Source: Chiloscyllium plagiosum (lineage: Eukaryota). Taken from it: 50,147 nt of DNA. Below are positions 48,242 through 50,147 of the stretch, piece by piece. The notes below the pieces were generated by a model. That model saw nothing but the letters and a program-made list of their open reading frames with translations. It made no database searches and was not told the DNA's origin. The first letter of the stretch is position 1, and the number at the start of each line of letters is the position of its first letter. The stretch is from NCBI RefSeq assembly GCF_004010195.1, contig NC_057752.1, positions 14,675,289-14,725,435 on the forward strand, in the 5' to 3' direction. Made by a program: the position numbers and the translations under genes.

Positions 48242-48583
48242 AAAAAAAATCTACTCTGGACCACATTGTCTTCTGGGCCACATCCCACAATGGGCAGGTC
48301 CTAATCTGGGCCAGTCCTATTCTGGGCCACATCCTAAATTGAAACACATTCTGAACTGATCCATGTCCTGCACTGGGCGAGGTCCCACTCCGGGCCAGGT
48401 CCTACAAAGAACCATATCCGACACTGGACCAAGTCCTATTCTAGGCCACATCTTACACTGGGCCAGGTCATACAATGGGCCCCACCATGCTCTGGGCCTC
48501 ATCCTACTCTGGGCCACATCCTGTACTGGATGAGGTCCTACTCTGGGCATGATCCTCAATTAGGCTAATTCCTACACTGGATC

Positions 48584-50147
48584 ACATAGAGTCATAGAGA
48601 TGTACAGCATGGAAACAGACCCTTTGGTCCAACCCGTCCATGCCGACTAGTTATCCCAAGCCAATCTAGTCCCACCTGCCAGGACCTGGCCCATATCGTT
48701 CCAAACCCTTCCTATTCATATACCCATCCAAATGCCTCTTAAATGTTGCAATTGTACCAGCCTCCACCACATCCTCTGGCAGCTCATTCCATACACGTAC
48801 CACCCTCTGCGTGAAAAAGTTGCCCCTTGGGTCTCTTTTATATCTTTCCCCTCTCACCCTAAACCTATGCCCTCTAGTTCTGGACTCCCCGACCCCAGGG
48901 AAAAGACTTTGTCTATTTATCCTATCTATGCCCCCCATAATTTTGTAAACCTCTATAAGGTCACCCCTCAGCCTCCGACTCTCCAGGGAAAACAGCCCCA
49001 GCCTGTTCAGCCTCTCCCTATAGCTCAAATCTTCCAACCTTGGCAGTATCCTTGTAACTGTACCTCTTATGCTCGCATCCAAATCATTTGTGTAAATGAC
49101 AAAAAGTAGAGGGCTCAGCACCGATCCTTGTGGCACTCCACTGGTCACAGGCCTCCAGTCTGAAAAACAACCCTCCACCACCACCCTCTGTCTTCTACCT
49201 TTGAGCCAGCTCTGTATCCAAGTGGCTAGTTCTCCCTGTATTCCATGAGATCTAACCTCGCTAATCAGTCTCCCATGGGGAACCTGAAGTCCATATAGAT
49301 CACATCTACTGCTCTGTCCTCATCAATCTTCTTTGTTACTTCTTCAAAAAACTCAATCATGTTTGTGAGACACGATTTCCCACACACAAAGCCATGTTGA
49401 CTATCCCGAATCAGTCCTTGCCTTTCCAAATAAATGTATATCCTGTCCCTCAGGATTCCCTCCAACAACTTGCCCACCGCCGAGGTCAGGCTCACCGGTC
49501 TATAGTTCGCTGGCTTTACCACCCTTCTTAAAAATGGCACTACGTTTGCCAACCTCCAGTCTTCCAGCACCTCACCTGTGACTATCGATGATACAAATAT
49601 CTCAGCAAGAGGCCCAGCAATCACTTCTCTAGCTTCCCACAGAGTTCTCAGGTACACCTGGTCAGGTCCTGGGGATGTATCCACCTTTAACCGTTTCAAG
49701 ACATCCAGCACTTCCTCCTCTGTAATCTGGACATTTTGCAAGATGTCACCATCTATTTCCTTACAGTCTATATCTTCCATATCCTTTTCCACAGTAAATA
49801 CTGATGCAAAATAATCATTTAGTAACTTCCCCATTTTCTGTGGCTCCACGCAAAGGCCGCCTTGCTGGTCTTTGAGGGGCCCTATTCTCTCCCTAGTTAC
49901 CCTTTTGTCCTTAATATATTTGTAAAAACCCTTTGGATTCCCCTGAGTTGTATTTGCCAACGCTATCTCATGTCCCTGTTTTGCCCTCCTAATTTCCCTC
50001 TTAAGTATACTCCTACTTTCTTTATACTCTTCTAAGGATTCACTCGATCTATCCTGTCTATACCTGACATATGCTTCCTTCTTTTTCTTAACCAAACCCT
50101 CAATTTCTTTCGTCATCCAGCATTCCCTATACCTACCAGCCTTCCCT
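48584..50147 (-). mobile_element. CR1 LINE ORF2 with internal deletions, runs off the window end
   Basis: ORFs 49265..50116 and 48666..49184; the FADD region is missing; CTCTATGACTCTATG tail. Confidence 0.93.

Larger units (their letters stand above)
44179..48583 (+). repeat. 17-bp minisatellite array (CTGGGCCACATCCTACA / CTGGGCCAGGTCCTACT), interrupted by two SINEs and a CR1
   Basis: Array blocks at 44179-45557, ~45885-45968, 47725-47900 and 48250-48583; in-register 17-bp units counted at 44198-44333. Confidence 0.93.

Noticed and set aside
47886..48347. Recurrent ORF motif NLAWPIHLTCT..DCGRKPEHPEETH as a protein family
   Set aside because: It is the antisense translation of the SINE, recurring at each copy.

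Overview
Eukaryotic, repeat-saturated scaffold segment with five large N gaps and one 10-N gap. It is very probably from a shark or other elasmobranch, inferred from the HE1-like tRNA-derived SINEs and the CR1/HER1-like LINEs that share their 3' tail. No intact host protein-coding gene is supported. The window is a nested mosaic of decayed CR1 LINEs, about 14 HE1-like SINE copies, a second SINE family, a decayed Gmr1-type Gypsy element (gag with SCAN-like domain, PR-INT-RT-RH order), Tx1, L2 and Rex1 fragments, and Penelope-like elements. It also holds two oppositely oriented arrays of a 17-bp minisatellite and a diverged ~1.2-kb local duplication. The most notable signal is about ten minimal type-I hammerhead-ribozyme motifs (CTGAnGA-stem II-GAAA-palindromic stem III) from at least four Penelope-derived families. 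Several sit in short TSD-flanked non-coding inserts that either begin at the ribozyme or are long palindromes centred on its core. Coordinates of decayed elements are approximate, and family names come from motif recognition, not database searches.
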